Made by a program: the position numbers and the translations under genes. Shown here piece by piece: positions 1 through 12,955 of a DNA stretch of 64,000 nucleotides; within the stretch, counting starts at the first letter, position 1, and the number at the start of each line of letters is the position of its first letter. The notes beneath the pieces were generated by a model that was not told the origin of the DNA, did no database searches, and worked only from the letters and a program-made list of their open reading frames with translations. Source of the stretch: Eledone cirrhosa (Eukaryota); assembly GCA_964016885.1 (NCBI GenBank), contig OZ024740.1, positions 284,146,001 through 284,210,000 on the forward strand. The letters are read 5' to 3'.

Positions 1-295
1 TATATATATACATATATATATATACATATATATATACATATATATATACATACATATATATATATATATACATATATATATACATATATATATACATATA
101 TATATACATATATATATACATATATATATATACATATATATACATACATATATATATACATACATACATATATACATACATATATACATATATATATACA
201 TATATGTATACATATATATATACATATATATACATACATATATACATATATATATATACATATATATATACATATATATATACATATATATATAT
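1..295. repeat. (TA)n/(TACA)n compound microsatellite
   Basis: Directly visible TATA/TACA repeats. Confidence 0.97.
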
Positions 296-503
296 TTCGT
301 TTCTGAATTTGTTTAGCAAGATTCTTTATCTGAAATCGTGTGTTGAAACCGATATTGTTATACTTTGGGAGGGTCATGTTGCCAATAAGAAACACACGCA
401 CCAGTTGCTTTCACTTCAATTTATTATATATTTATAAATTTATAAACTTATAAATTTCTGGTTGGTTGGTTGGTTCCACAATCAGATAGTTGTTTATATA
501 TAT

Positions 504-548
504 AGTCATAGTCCTTTCGTCACACACTCTGTGACCTCTTCAGTGACT
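504..548 (-). ncRNA. Minimal type I hammerhead ribozyme (inverted pLTR copy)
   Basis: Reverse complement of 2780-2824. Confidence 0.65.
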
Positions 549-652
549 GGGGATTCCTTTCTTCGTTTCTGTGCCTTTCCTTTCTTCTATCCTACGCCAT
601 TTTGTTTCTGTGTGTGTGTTGTGTGCTCAGTTTGCACATGCGCCACATCCGG

Positions 653-699
<47 letters not shown>

Positions 700-2474
700 T
701 GATCATACGCCCCATCATTGAGATGTCCCCAGATGTGTGTGACAGCACGGAGGACCTCCTCAGCAGAATCGGCGCGGGTAACCAATCTGGGGACCTAACA
801 AACTGCATAATAGGCAGTATGGATGTTGTGTCCCTGTATCCATCTATTGACGTGGATTTTGCTGTGGAGAAATGCGTAGAAATGATCAGCGAGAGCAAGG
901 TTGAGTTCCGTGGGACTGATACCAGTGAGCTGGGACTTCTACTTAAGCTTACCCATAGTAATAGTTACCTAGACACTTATGACCTTAGCAACCTGTGCCC
1001 TACAAGACCAGCAAGAGGCAGACCACCTACCATTACCTCAATGGCCAAGAAAACCCACACAGATAGATGGAACGGGTGGACCAGAGCCATACGGACACCC
1101 GAAAACCACGATGAACTGAAGAAAATGATTGCACATGCGGTAGGGGCCAGCATAAAATTAACCCTTAAGGAACATATGTTCAAATTTAATGGTAAAACAT
1201 ATGCCCAAGAGGAAGGAGCAGCCATTGGTGTTAGCATTGCAGGCGACATAGCTAACTTATTCATGGTATGGTGGGACAGTAGACTTAAACAAAAACTTAA
1301 TGAACAATTAGAAGACAGCTTAACCCTGATAATGTACTCCCGCTACATAGATGATATAAACATCGTAGTTAAGACACCCCCACTAAAGAACAGTCAGGAA
1401 CTAGAGAAAAACACAATGGAAAGCATCCAGCAAATAGCAAACTCCATCCACCAGAGCATTAGAGTTACTATAGACTACCCAAGTAGACACCCCAACCATC
1501 GATTACCTGTACTAGACACAGAGCTCTGGTTAGATACCATTAACAACCAAAAACAAATCCTCCATTCCCATTATGCCAAACCCATGACTTCCAAACATCT
1601 GATCCACCGAAACTCGGCCATTTCGGACCATACCAAAATCAACATACTGATTGCGGATTTGGTACGGGTGATGAGAAATGTGTCCCGCATGTGCAACCCC
1701 GAAGAACTAGAGAGACACATACAACACTTCATCCACCGTATGCAGTTCTCTGGCTACAATTAGAGAGATAGAATCAGAGTGTATAAAGGAGGCAGAACCA
1801 AATGGGAAAAAATGGTAAATAATGACATAAATGGGACCTGCCCCTTGTATAGGAGCAAATTTTGGAATAGAATAGAAAGAACTAGGAACAAGGCCAATAG
1901 AATAAACTCATGGTATGATAGCAATAAATACCAGAGTGTAATGTTCATCAATACAACCCCTAGAGGCGAACTAGCCTACAAATTTAGAAGGGCCCTAAAT
2001 AAACATAATCTCAATATTAAGATAGTAGAAAGACCTGGTACCTCCGTAAAAACACTTATTAGCAAGACATACCCGTTCCAAAGACCCTCATGTATAGATA
2101 AGAAATGTATAACCTGTAAAATAAGCCCCCATATTAACTGTGAAACTAGAAATGTAGTGTATAGCATAAGATGAACTGAAGGACAATGTAGAAACAAAAA
2201 TATAGTGTACATAGGTGAGACAGCTCGTAGTATAGGGGAACGAATAAATGAACACTGGCGAGACCTCCAAGATAATAAAGAATCATCTGTGCTCTACCAA
2301 CATGCTAAGATAGAACACAGGGGTAGATTAGAGAGCATAGAAATAAAAATAAAATCCACACACAGAAAAGACGCAGTGTTTAGGCAAATTACAGAGGCAG
2401 TAAGCATAAAAGAATTAAAACCAAAATTAAATAGAAAATATGAGTGGAACAGTAACATCACAACTTACAATTAA
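700..2474 (+). pseudogene. PLE polyprotein: reverse transcriptase + GIY-YIG endonuclease, interrupted by TAG (1761) and TGA (2172)
   Basis: ORFs 462, 1779 and 2205 share one frame. Motifs SMDVVSLYPSI, QEEGAAIG, RYIDD, Cys linker CIDKKCITC, NVVYSIR*TEGQC...YIGETAR. Long insert between RT motifs A and B, as I recall for Naiad. The N-terminal part of ORF 462 is just inverted pLTR. Confidence 0.88.
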
Positions 2475-2779
2475 GGACAAAATGAAAACACACACACATA
2501 GAACAAACAACTTACAATTGAAAACACACACAAAATGAAAACACACACAGGACAAAATGAAAACACACACACACATAGAACAAACAACCAACCAACAATA
2601 AATAAATAAATAAATAAACAAATAGAAAAATATAAATAGAAAAATAGAAAAATGAACACAAACACACACAGACACCCGGATGTGGCGCATGTGCAAACTG
2701 AGCACACAACACACACACAGAAACAAAATGGCGTAGGATAGAAGAAAGGAAAGGCACAGAAACTAAAAAAGGAATCCCC

Positions 2780-2824
2780 AGTCACTGAAGAGGTCACAGA
2801 GTGTGTGACGAAAGGACTATGACT
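2780..2824 (+). ncRNA. Minimal type I hammerhead ribozyme in pLTR
   Basis: agtca-CTGAAGA-g-gtcaca(gagtg)tgtgac-GAAA-ggac-TA-tgact: stem I agtca/tgact, 6 bp stem II, conserved core. Confidence 0.7.
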
Positions 2825-2973
2825 ATATATATAAACAACTATCTGGTTGTGGAACCAACCAACCAACCAGAAATTTATAAGTTTATAAATTTATAAATAT
2901 ATAATAAATTGAAGTGAAAGCAACTGGTGCGTGTGTTTCTTATTGGCAACATGACCCTCCCAAAGTATAACAA

Positions 2974-3434
2974 CATATATATATACATATATATATACAT
3001 ATATATATACATACATATACATATATATACATATATATATACATATATATATATACATATATATATACATATATATATACACATATATATACACATATAT
3101 ATACACATATATATATACATATATATATACATATATATATACATATATATATACATATATATATACATATATATATACATATATATATACATATATATAT
3201 ATACACATATATATATACATATATATATACATATATATATACATATATATATACATATATATATATACACATATATATACATATATATATATACACATAT
3301 ATATACATATATATATATACACATATATATACATATATATATATACACGTATATATACATATATATACACGTATATATACATATATATATATACATATAT
3401 GTATACATATATATATATATACATATATGTATAC

Positions 3435-3465
<31 letters not shown>

Positions 3466-3580
3466 CATATATACATATATATATATATATACATATATAT
3501 ACATATATATATACATATATGTATACATATATATATATATACATATATGTATACATATATATATATATACATATATATAT

Positions 3581-3667
<87 letters not shown>

Positions 3668-3690
3668 CATATATACATATATACATATAC

Positions 3691-3727
<37 letters not shown>

Positions 3728-4020
3728 CATATATATACATATATATATATACGTATATACATACATATATATATACATATATATATATACGTATATACAT
3801 ACATATATATATACATATATACATACATATATATATACATATATATACATATATATATATACGTATATACATACATATATATATACATACATATATATAT
3901 ATATATATACATATATACACATATACATATATATACATATATACACATATACATACATATATATATACATATATATACATATATATATATATACATATAT
4001 ATACATATATATATACATAT
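2974..4020. repeat. (TA)n/(TACA)n microsatellite, about 1 kb
   Basis: Direct; source of the spurious YIYI ORFs. Confidence 0.97.
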
Positions 4021-4024
4021 GCGG

Positions 4025-4420
4025 TGGCTGCCAACTCGTATTCGAGTACGGCCACTACTTTATATCCATGCAGAAGAACCCCTACCGATGCGCTGAACAA
4101 GTGTGACTTTTTAGTCCAGCCAGCGACTTGAAAACTCTGATACAAACACTACACTTGTGACAATTATTGACACATAGTGCTGGGCCCATGGTACCATGTG
4201 ACGACAAGTGCAGAGAGATCTCCAGATATAAAGCAATGCCTGTGCCGTGAAGTTTTTATAGTGAGCAAAGGCACTGCACAAAGCCAGTCCCACTCTCTTA
4301 ACCAAGATGATATTTACCAAAAAGAAGAACAAGTCAACATCATTGGATACCATCAGAGTTGCAGGTGTTATATCAGAGTTTTCCTTCTCCTAGAATTCTG
4401 CCTTGACAAAGGCTAAGGGG
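4025..4420 (-). mobile_element. RTE-clade LINE 3' fragment (C2H2 zinc-finger end)
   Basis: Minus strand encodes [23 protein letters not shown], then a 3' hairpin ctcg-aata-cgag. Near-identical copy at 9337-9645. Confidence 0.6.
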
Positions 4421-4440
4421 TCATCTCTCCATATATACAA

Positions 4441-5157
4441 CATCGAAATCGTAATAGACGAGTTACTTGGTACAATGCTCCATTTAATTTACAAATTAAG
4501 GATAATATACCTAAAAAATTCTTTAATATCCTAGAGAAAAACTTCCCGCCAAACCACAAATACCATCAAATCTTAAATAGATCAACGGTTAAATTCTCCT
4601 ACTCAACAACCAAAAACATAAAACAAAATATAAGTGCCTATAATGCATATAAATGTAAAAAAACCATGAGTATACCACCAGTACATAAAACTAACCATAA
4701 TATCTCCTCAGATACAGGATTCACGAAAAGTTGTAACTGTAGAAACAAGGCAAACTGTCCATTAAAAGGAAATTGCCTTGTTAATAACATAGTATATAAA
4801 TGTAAAGTTAACACTAAGGACTCAACTTATTCATATATAGGAGCTACCTCTAACAAATTTAAGGTAAGATTTAATACCCACAAACATAGTTTTAAAAATG
4901 CCGCACTAGCTAATACAACATCTCTAGCTGAAATAATAAATAGTTATAGAAAGAGGAATATAGATTATGACCTGACCTGGAGTGTGCTCAAAAGGGCCAC
5001 CACTTATCAAAATAGTAGAAATGAATGTAGATTATGTTCCCAAGAACTTTTTGAAATAATGAAATCTAAGGATATCCTATTAAATAAGCGACAGGAATTA
5101 ATAATATCGTGTAATCATAAACTGAGAAAAACCTTTAAATATTATAAACCTAATTAA
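4441..5157 (+). CDS. PLE C-terminus: thumb/linker + GIY-YIG endonuclease (5'-truncated)
   Basis: RRVTWYNAPF...KNFPPNHKYHQILNRSTVKFSYS in frame with CNCRNKANCPLKGNC, NIVYKC, YIGAT, FKVRFNTHK. Confidence 0.82.
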   Translation, partial: HRNRNRRVTWYNAPFNLQIKDNIPKKFFNILEKNFPPNHKYHQILNRSTVKFSYSTTKNIKQNISAYNAYKCKKTMSIPPVHKTNHNISSDTGFTKSCNCRNKANCPLKGNCLVNNIVYKCKVNTKDSTYSYIGATSNKFKVRFNTHKHSFKNAALANTTSLAEIINSYRKRNIDYDLTWSVLKRATTYQNSRNECRLCSQELFEIMKSKDILLNKRQELIISCNHKLRKTFKYYKPN

Positions 5158-5576
5158 TATACACTCTAGAAATTAATTTATAAATTATTTTTAATTTAGT
5201 TAACCTATAATTAATATTCTACTACTAATGAACTACATAATTCTGCTTTAAAAATTATAAACCTAATTAATATACACTTTTGAAATTAATATATAAACTA
5301 TTTTTAATTTAGTTAACCTATAATTAATATTCTACTACTGATGAACTACATAATTTTGCTTTCCTTCTTACAAATATCATTTCCTAAAACTGATACCATT
5401 AAGTAAACATATATAATGCTTTAACTTCAGGTTATGACTCTATGTTCCTTGAAAACTATATATATTTACTATTTCTCACTAATAAATTTACCCCCCCCCC
5501 AATAATTATATGTATATATAAGTGTATATGTGTGTGTATATGTATGTGTATGTATGTATATATGCATGTATATATC

Positions 5577-5617
<41 letters not shown>

Positions 5618-6419
5618 ATATATATGTATATGTATATATATATGTGTATGTGTGTGTGTGTATGTGTATATATATGTATATGTGTGTATATATATAAGTG
5701 TATATATATATATATATATATGTGTGTGTATGTGTATATATATGTATATATATATATGTATAAGTACATATATATATATATATTATTTTTATATTCTTTT
5801 AATTTCCCCTCATCTTTAACAGCACTTTTCAACTGCATCTAACTCTTATTTATCATATCTATATGTATTAGTATAATTTTATCAATATAAATATACCCAT
5901 CAATTAAATTAATTTATATTCTTTTCATAGATGTATTTTTTTCACTAACATTCTTATCTTAAAACTTTAGTCACCTTAGATATTTGTATTGACATTACTA
6001 TTTTATAACAGCAACTGCTTGTATACCTTTTACTGACCACCTGACCTATTTTCACCCCTAAAATAAGCTTCAATTACTACTATTTTACCATTTGGCCAAT
6101 TATTAACTTTCTATTGGTTAATTCTAAACCTCTTACCAAACAGACAGAATATATTAGATCTTTGTTGGTTTTATTCAATGAAAAAATAAAATTATTTCTG
6201 AGGTCAGCATAAGACCTATTTCTTCCCTAAAATAATCCTTCATTCATAATATTCTTTTCCATCGAAAACTGAAATCTACCTTCCTCTACCCATAATTTAA
6301 GGTTCTTCTACTACTATATTACTATCCTGACCCTCACTATCTCTCTATTGGTCAATTCAAAACCTGTTCCCAAACAGACCTATTGTATTGAATCTTTGTT
6401 TTTTTCAATAAACAAATAT

Positions 6420-6559
6420 CATTATTTCTGAAGACAGCATATATATGTGTAGGTATGTATATTCCCTCTGATAGTTTGTATAAATATTGTACATAGATCT
6501 ATAGAATATGCATACCAACTCTAACACATATATATCCTAGAAACGATCGTAAAATGATG
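6420..6559 (+). ncRNA. Hammerhead ribozyme with about 105 nt extended stem II
   Basis: Stem I cattattt/aaatgatg, CTGAAGA 6428-6434, stem II atatatatgtgt/acacatatatat and ggtatgtatattc/gaatatgcatacc, GAAA 6540, palindromic stem III CGATCG, GUA cleavage triplet. Confidence 0.75.
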
Positions 6560-6609
6560 AATTTTTTTAATATAAGGAACTGTTTCTTTGTTTATTCATT
6601 ATTTTATTA

Positions 6610-6659
<50 letters not shown>

Positions 6660-7158
6660 TATTTTATGATTTAGTGTTAAAGTATAAAAACAAATGATAA
6701 AATATATATATTTTTTTTAACCTGACCTCTCAGGATGTGTGATCCTAAGCTATAACTTATAGGTATGTCCAACACTGCATGTAAAACTAAATGTTTTGTC
6801 TCTCTAGGTCTACCTTTTCTTCATTACAGACATGATCGTATTATTAAAAAGTTTGCTTTACAATTGTGTGTTTCTGTGTTTTTCATAATAGCCTCCAGTC
6901 AGAGCTTTCTGAATGAAATTTTGGAGAGAGAAAAACTGTAAAAGTCTGCCAGAGGGATTGTTCCTGCTCTTGAGTGGTAGACTTAATACATTATTCAGAT
7001 TAACTCCACTACCTGACCCTTGTGTATCTTTCCCAGAGCCCATCTTGTTGCAAATATTTTTACTTGGTTTCTTATCTGAGGATAACTTTCTTCCTTCCTC
7101 ATGTTTTGGCAGCCTTGAAAAACTGGAAATGCACTTCCTCCTCTAACTAAGCTTTTAA

Positions 7159-7349
7159 CACTTTAGCATTTACATTACTCTATATTTACTATTATATTTT
7201 CACAGTCAAGCCTTTACCTCACATAATTTTGATATTATTTATTTTGAAAACAATACCTTAACATCGGTATGAGTGGCCAGTTACAGCTGGTTTAATGGAA
7301 AGAGGTAAGAGAATTCTGGCCGGATACAGCCGGTTTAAATCTTAAAGGG
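7159..7349. mobile_element. piggyBac-like MITE
   Basis: TTAA on both sides; degenerate CCCTTTAGCATTTA TIR; homologous to 26841 and 58737. Confidence 0.75.
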
Positions 7350-9117
7350 TTAAACTAAGATCCCAACTCATGGTGTGTAAGATAGTAGACCAAAAATTTA
7401 TCTGCACTTATTCTGTTTATGAAAAATACATAGAAGAGAAGAAAAAAAGGTTTCAGAAATAATACAGTAGTGAGAAAAGTTAAGACTTTCAGAAAAATGC
7501 AAAGTCTAGTTGAACATGTCAAAACACTAGTTTACAATGTTGCTATGCATACATGGGTAAAATTTTGAAGATTTTTTTTTTTTTTGCAGTCCATAACAAT
7601 TCAACCATGAAATAAAAATGGAGCCACTATTTATTTCTTTTATTTTTGTTTTTGTTTATTCATGTACATTGATGCAGTGAATGAATATTTTAAAAATTCT
7701 TCTGGTGTTGGACATTACAGAAACTTGGATAAGTTCTTAAAATCTCTCATCATAACCACTAGAAGACTTTCAGTGTCTCAACTCTGTTATAGAGACACAT
7801 TTCAACAGCAGTTTGGTACAAAGATAATAGTTGAACTCATGGATTCTATCAGATATCTCTAGTTATGGGACATGTCTCCAAGATAAGTTGATAGAGATGC
7901 TGTCATTTTTAAGTCAAACATTGTTCCATTGGTGCTCTAGCCATGACTATCCTGTTTGTGAGACACGGTGTAATTGTAGTGATGGTGCACTTTGATAAGA
8001 AAATCATTCTGGGAAAAAATATAAATTGCTTTCCCAGCATCACCAGTCTATACACATAACTCAGTCAATAAGAAAGTGCTTATGTAGTCACATAACTTGC
8101 GAGAAAAGGCAACCATATCTCCCCTCTTAAATATGGAAAGAACAAATTGAATAGTTTAGTTTTATATATCCTTAAAAAGTCAGGAAAGTCATAGCTGGAA
8201 TGACTTTGAGCAAAAGTCTGTTGAATTATGGCTGACCTGAGGGTCTTCTATATTACTGCATAATGCCAAAGATCTTGATCCTGTGTCATTGTCTTTATTG
8301 CAATTATAGAAAAACGGACCTAACAGTAAAATGATGTTGATGCACACACACATATGTATGTATGTACGTATGTGTGTGTACACACATATAGACATATGTA
8401 TACATATGTGTGTGTACACACACACACAAGCGTACATATGTAAACTCTTTCTTGGTAACGCAAGAATCAACCATACAAACTTAACTTACAGAGAAAGGCC
8501 AGTCCTTTTTGCATCTGTTTCCTCCTACTTGTATGTATGTATGTATGTAAGTGTGTGTGTATGTATGTATGCATGTATGTGTGTATATGGGTATGTATGT
8601 ATGTGTGTACACACACACACACACACATACATACATACACACATACATATGTAGCAAGCTACTTGCCTTTGGCGTATTTATAAACTATTCATGCGTGATT
8701 TGGCTAAGTCAGGCCAATCGTGAGTCGCGCACGAATATATATTATCAACTTCCACCCAAAGAAAGATTTTCCCGCTTCTTTCATATATACTCTCTCTTGC
8801 TGCTTTGACTTTGAAAAGAAAAGACATTATTATGTAACGGTGAGATCTTCACTTTGGCCTGTCGGCCTTCTTAGGCCTGACGCAATGCCACTTCTTAACT
8901 CTTGATTTGCTTGTTCTTTTGTTTGGCATGCCAGCTCAACCATTGTAATTACTTGTGAATGTAAAAATGTTATCAAAAACTTTACAACTAATTCCATAAA
9001 CATCCACTTCTCTCACACTTAACAAACCGTTACATTAAAACTAAACCTTTAATCTGGTATACTTTAGCTTAACAAAAACCATACCTTTCCTGCTACAACA
9101 CAAATAAATATTATTCT

Positions 9118-9303
9118 TATCGGTAGAGGGTCGGACACATGCTTTGCAGCACAGTTACATACCTTTACGGACTGAGTTCAAATCCCGCCGAGGTTAACTT
9201 TGCCTTTCATCCTTACGGGGTCAATAAAATAAAGTACCAGTAATGTACTGGGTAATTGCTGGCCTTGTGCCAAAAGTAGAAACAATTATTATTATTATTA
9301 TTA
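9118..9303 (+). mobile_element. tRNA-derived SINE with Meta-like central domain (5'-truncated)
   Basis: B box GAGTTCAAATCC, GCCTTTCATCCTTACGGGGTC..AAGTACCAG, (ATT)n tail. Confidence 0.85.
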
Positions 9304-9333
9304 TAGCTATAAATATTATTTTCTGCTAAACAT

Positions 9334-9652
9334 GGGGGCTGCCAACTCGTTTTCGAGTACGGCCACTACTTTATATCCATGTAGGAGAACCCCTACCGAT
9401 GCGCTGAACGAGTGTGACTTTTTAGTCCAGCCAGTGACTTGAAAACTCTGGTACAAACACTACACTTGTGACAATTATTGATACATAGTGCTGGGCCCAT
9501 GGTACCATGTGACGACAAGTGCAGAGAGATCTCCAGATATAAAGCAATGCCTGTGCCGTGAAGCTTTTATAGTGAGCAAAGGCACTGCACAAAGCCAGTC
9601 CCACTCTCTTAACCAAGATGATATTTACGAAAAAGAAGAACAAAAACAAAAA
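9334..9652 (-). mobile_element. RTE-clade LINE 3' fragment with TSD
   Basis: Copy of 4025-4332; flanked by direct repeat TCTGCTAAACAT (9322, 9653). Confidence 0.65.
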
Positions 9653-9884
9653 TCTGCTAAACATACATACATGCATACATACAAGAAGGAGGAAACTGAT
9701 GCAAAAATGACTGGTCTTTCTCTGTAAGTTAGTTTTGTTTGGTTGATTCTTGCGCTACCGAGAAAGATGTTATATATGTACAACTCTAAACAATCTGAAA
9801 GTATCTGGACATGTTTGGATTGGGATAGAAATGTTACAATCTCGTTAACTTTGCATGACCCTTTTTACTTCTTCATTATTATGA

Positions 9885-11022
9885 ACATCATCATCACCGT
9901 TTTACGTCCGTTCTTCCACGCTAGCATGGGTTAGACGGGTTGCCCTGTTGTGGGCAGTGTCTGGTCGGCTGACCATGCCTTGCTCATACAGGAACTGATT
10001 TGGCTTCATTTCTACAGCTGGATGCCCTTCCTAACACCAACCTCATTTACAGTGAGTGCTGGGTGATTTTTCGTGGCGCCTACACGTCCACTTTACAGTG
10101 TGGGCTGGGTACTTTTTTGCCGTGGCACCTCCACGACCACCTTGCGGTGGGGGGGGGGGGGGGCATATTGTCTATATGCTTCAGCTTGTACCCATGGGAG
10201 GTCGGGTACCCTGTATTACTGCGTGACGCCAGAAGTCACGGTCGTGTGTCATTGTCTTTGAGAGGTGCAATTGGGTAAGGTCGGCTTTTATCACCTCATC
10301 CCAGGTCATCTTGGGTCTCCCCACTCCGCGGTTTCCATCAACTTCTAGTGCTCTGCACCTTTTTATGCAGCTGTCATCCTTCATACGCATCACATGTCCA
10401 TACCAACGCAACCGCCTCTCTTGCACACAGCATTTGATTCCTCTTATGCTCAGTCTCTCTCTCAATTCATTTATGCTTTGTCGTTCACGTATATTACTGT
10501 TACACATCCATCGGAGCATGCAGGCTTCGTTTCTCTCTAATCTACGTCTCTTGTGTGCATTTGGGGCAGAGAATGGAGTTCCTACCTACACCTTTCCTAC
10601 ATACTGAGCAAGGCCATTTACCTGAGGGGATCTGGGTTCTGTTTTCTCATCTACTTACAAGGACCTTAGTCTTTGTCATGTTGACTTTGAGACCCTTTCT
10701 TTCTAGTCCCTGCTTCCAAGTTTGGAATTTATTCTCTAGTTCTACCATAGATTCAGCTATGAGTGCGAGGTCATCAGCATACAGGAGTTCCCATGGGCAT
10801 CCGGTTTTAAACTCCTCCGTTATTGCCTGCAGGACTATGATGAACAGGAGAGGGCTAAGAACAGAGCCCTGGTGGACCCCAACCTGTACGCTAAATTCCT
10901 CGCTATACTCATTGCTAATCCTAACTTTGCTGACTGCTCCCCTATACATGGCTTGTACCGCTTTCACAAGCCATTCATCTACTCCTAGTTTTCTAAGAGC
11001 CCACCAGATTACAGCACGTGGA
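9885..11022 (-). mobile_element. RTE-clade LINE, 5'-truncated, internally deleted
   Basis: GVHQGSVLSPLLF...YADD (10647-11020) joined at about 10550 to RRLRWYGHV..R..GRPK.TW; 3' UTR ends in (TGA)n. Confidence 0.92.
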
Positions 11023-11324
11023 ACTTTATAATTATACATCATGTCACCATTAAGGACCATTAGGTATGACTTTTTGAACTTTCTCTGTGATATGATATAT
11101 TGTAGTGTAGATCATTGGCTCCAAAACATTTTTTTTTTTTTTTGTTTTTTTTTTTGCAGAATCCTCCTATGATTTTGCCAAAAACATTTGATTTTTTTGT
11201 ACGAGTTTCCAATATCAGGGAACTTATACCAATATTTTTGGACCTGAAACATATATTCAGTATGCCCCAAGCCACCTTCTCATACACCTCCCCATGAGAA
11301 CAGGCCAAAGTAAATGCATCCAGT

Positions 11325-11608
11325 GAAGCCCCCAGCCCACACTGTAAAGTGGTTGTGATGGTGACATGACAAAAAGCACCCAGCCTACACTGTAAAGTGG
11401 TTGTGTGGGTGTCACAACAAAAAGCACCCAGTACTCACTGTAAATGAAGTTGGTATTAGGAAGGGCATGTAACTGTAGAAACCAAGCCAGAATCAGTTCT
11501 GTATGAGCAAGACAAGGTCACCTGACCTAGCATTGCTCACAACAGGACAACTTATTTAACCCATGCAAGCATGGGAGAATGGACATAAAACGGTGATGAT
11601 AATGATGA
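11325..11608 (+). mobile_element. RTE 3' UTR / related SINE fragment
   Basis: aaaagcacccag..cactgtaaa repeats, GTATTAGGAAGGGCAT, (TGA)n tail. Confidence 0.75.
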
Positions 11609-12319
11609 ATAATGTAATTTTTATGAAACAAATTATTTTAGAGAATTCAATTATATTTTAAAAAAACACAAACATTTTTATTACAATTTATTAAATGCAT
11701 CTTATGTTGTGAAACTCCAGAATTTTTTAACAGACCCTACATTGAGAAGTACTTTCTTAGATAAAACATGATTATCTTCTCCAAAGTATTGGTTGTTTGT
11801 CTTCCAGGAAAATGCTGATCATTCAAATCTAACAATTAAAAGTAATTCTCGCTGTGACTAGCTGCTTTACAGGCATAATATATCTAGGACTGCATTATCG
11901 AATGTAATATACTTCCATTTAAAAATAATTTAAAGTGTAATTTGAGAGAGACTGGGCTGCTATTTCTAACAGGTCAAGTGGCATGATAAAGACTTCACTT
12001 GCAATAGTATATTGAGCCAAAGAAGCAGAAGTGTAAGTCAGATCTTAAAGCAATCTGTTGTCAAGGACATGAGGAGCTTGTGGGAATTGCCCAAAGACTT
12101 GCATGTGAAATTTAATAGACAGAAACTGAGGAAGCTCATTAGATCCACTCTGACCAAGGACAATAACTCAATAAATGAGATTAAAGCAAGAATTGGCTTG
12201 GTTTCATCTACGGACGGTTTTCTGCTAGCATATGTAGTGTGCATATTGGTATTATAAGCAAATATATTTGCAAATATATATATGTAAATTGAAAAGTAAA
12301 TTGACAATATCTTCTTCTT

Positions 12320-12955
12320 CACCCACTTATTTCTGAGAGGCTCATGGGGGCAGAGTCCGTCTCAAACACTCCTTCCAGCGAGTCTGTCAGTAGCAAACAT
12401 CTCTAACTGATCCAGCTGGATCCCAAAGCGTGACCAGCCAAGCTCATGGATGTTATCCAACTATCTTGCTCAGGGTCTACCTCTGGGTCTCTTGCCGGTT
12501 GGTTTTGCCTGTAAAATGTGTCCAGTGATTCTTTACTGAGACATTCTAACCACATGCTCATAATATCGGAGTTGTGATCTCTCAATTCAGAGAAGTAGCA
12601 GCTCTACCAGGAGTGACTCTCTGGTCTCTGAGCTATGCACTCTATTGAGTAACGTTACTCCAAAGACCCTTCGGAGGAATCCCATTTCTGCCACTTTTAT
12701 TTGCAATTGTATTCTTTTGGTCATTACTTAAGATTCATGATCCTCGGTAAGAGTTGGCAGGAATACCAGGAAGACAGCAAGTTTGGCTTTTACACCTAAC
12801 CCCCTTCTGATTGCTGAGGCTGGCGCATTACTGCATCAGCTTTTGCAATTCTTGCACTTAATTCAGCCTCCTGCATTCCATCACTCATGGACACGGCTCC
12901 AAGATACTTGAACTTCTCTAACTGCTTCAGTAGAACTCCATTCACATGTATATAA
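12320..12955 (-). mobile_element. Old RTE-like LINE fragment
   Basis: LKQLEKFKYLG...ELSARIAKADAVMRQ on the minus strand. Confidence 0.65.

Larger units (their letters stand above)
296..2973 (+). mobile_element. Penelope-like retroelement (Naiad-type), 5'-truncated, with inverted 5' pLTR
   Basis: RT and GIY-YIG in one frame. About 312 bp inverted repeat 355-667 vs 2662-2973. Hammerhead motif in the pLTR. Both ends abut (TA)n. Confidence 0.9.
4441..6615 (+). mobile_element. PLE 3' fragment (GIY-YIG, long 3' UTR, hammerhead-bearing pLTR)
   Basis: Open frame 4441-5157, hammerhead at 6420-6559, ends in (TA)n. About 115 bp tandem duplication at 5138-5362. Confidence 0.8.

Noticed and set aside
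462-699. N-terminus of the 433 aa ORF
   Set aside because: It is the antisense pLTR plus (GT)n fused by chance to the truncated RT.
2475-2760. SECIS element
   Set aside because: ATGA motifs lie in unstructured AC-rich repeats; no helix with a tandem GA quartet was found.
2875-4145. Long YIYI/ICIY ORFs (also 18394-20188, 37261-38324, 61946-62227)
   Set aside because: Stop-free translation of TA/TACA microsatellites in multiple frames on both strands.
6858-7450. Minus-strand host exon with polypyrimidine acceptor near 7412
   Set aside because: After removing the TTAA MITE every frame still has stops and no recognisable domain.
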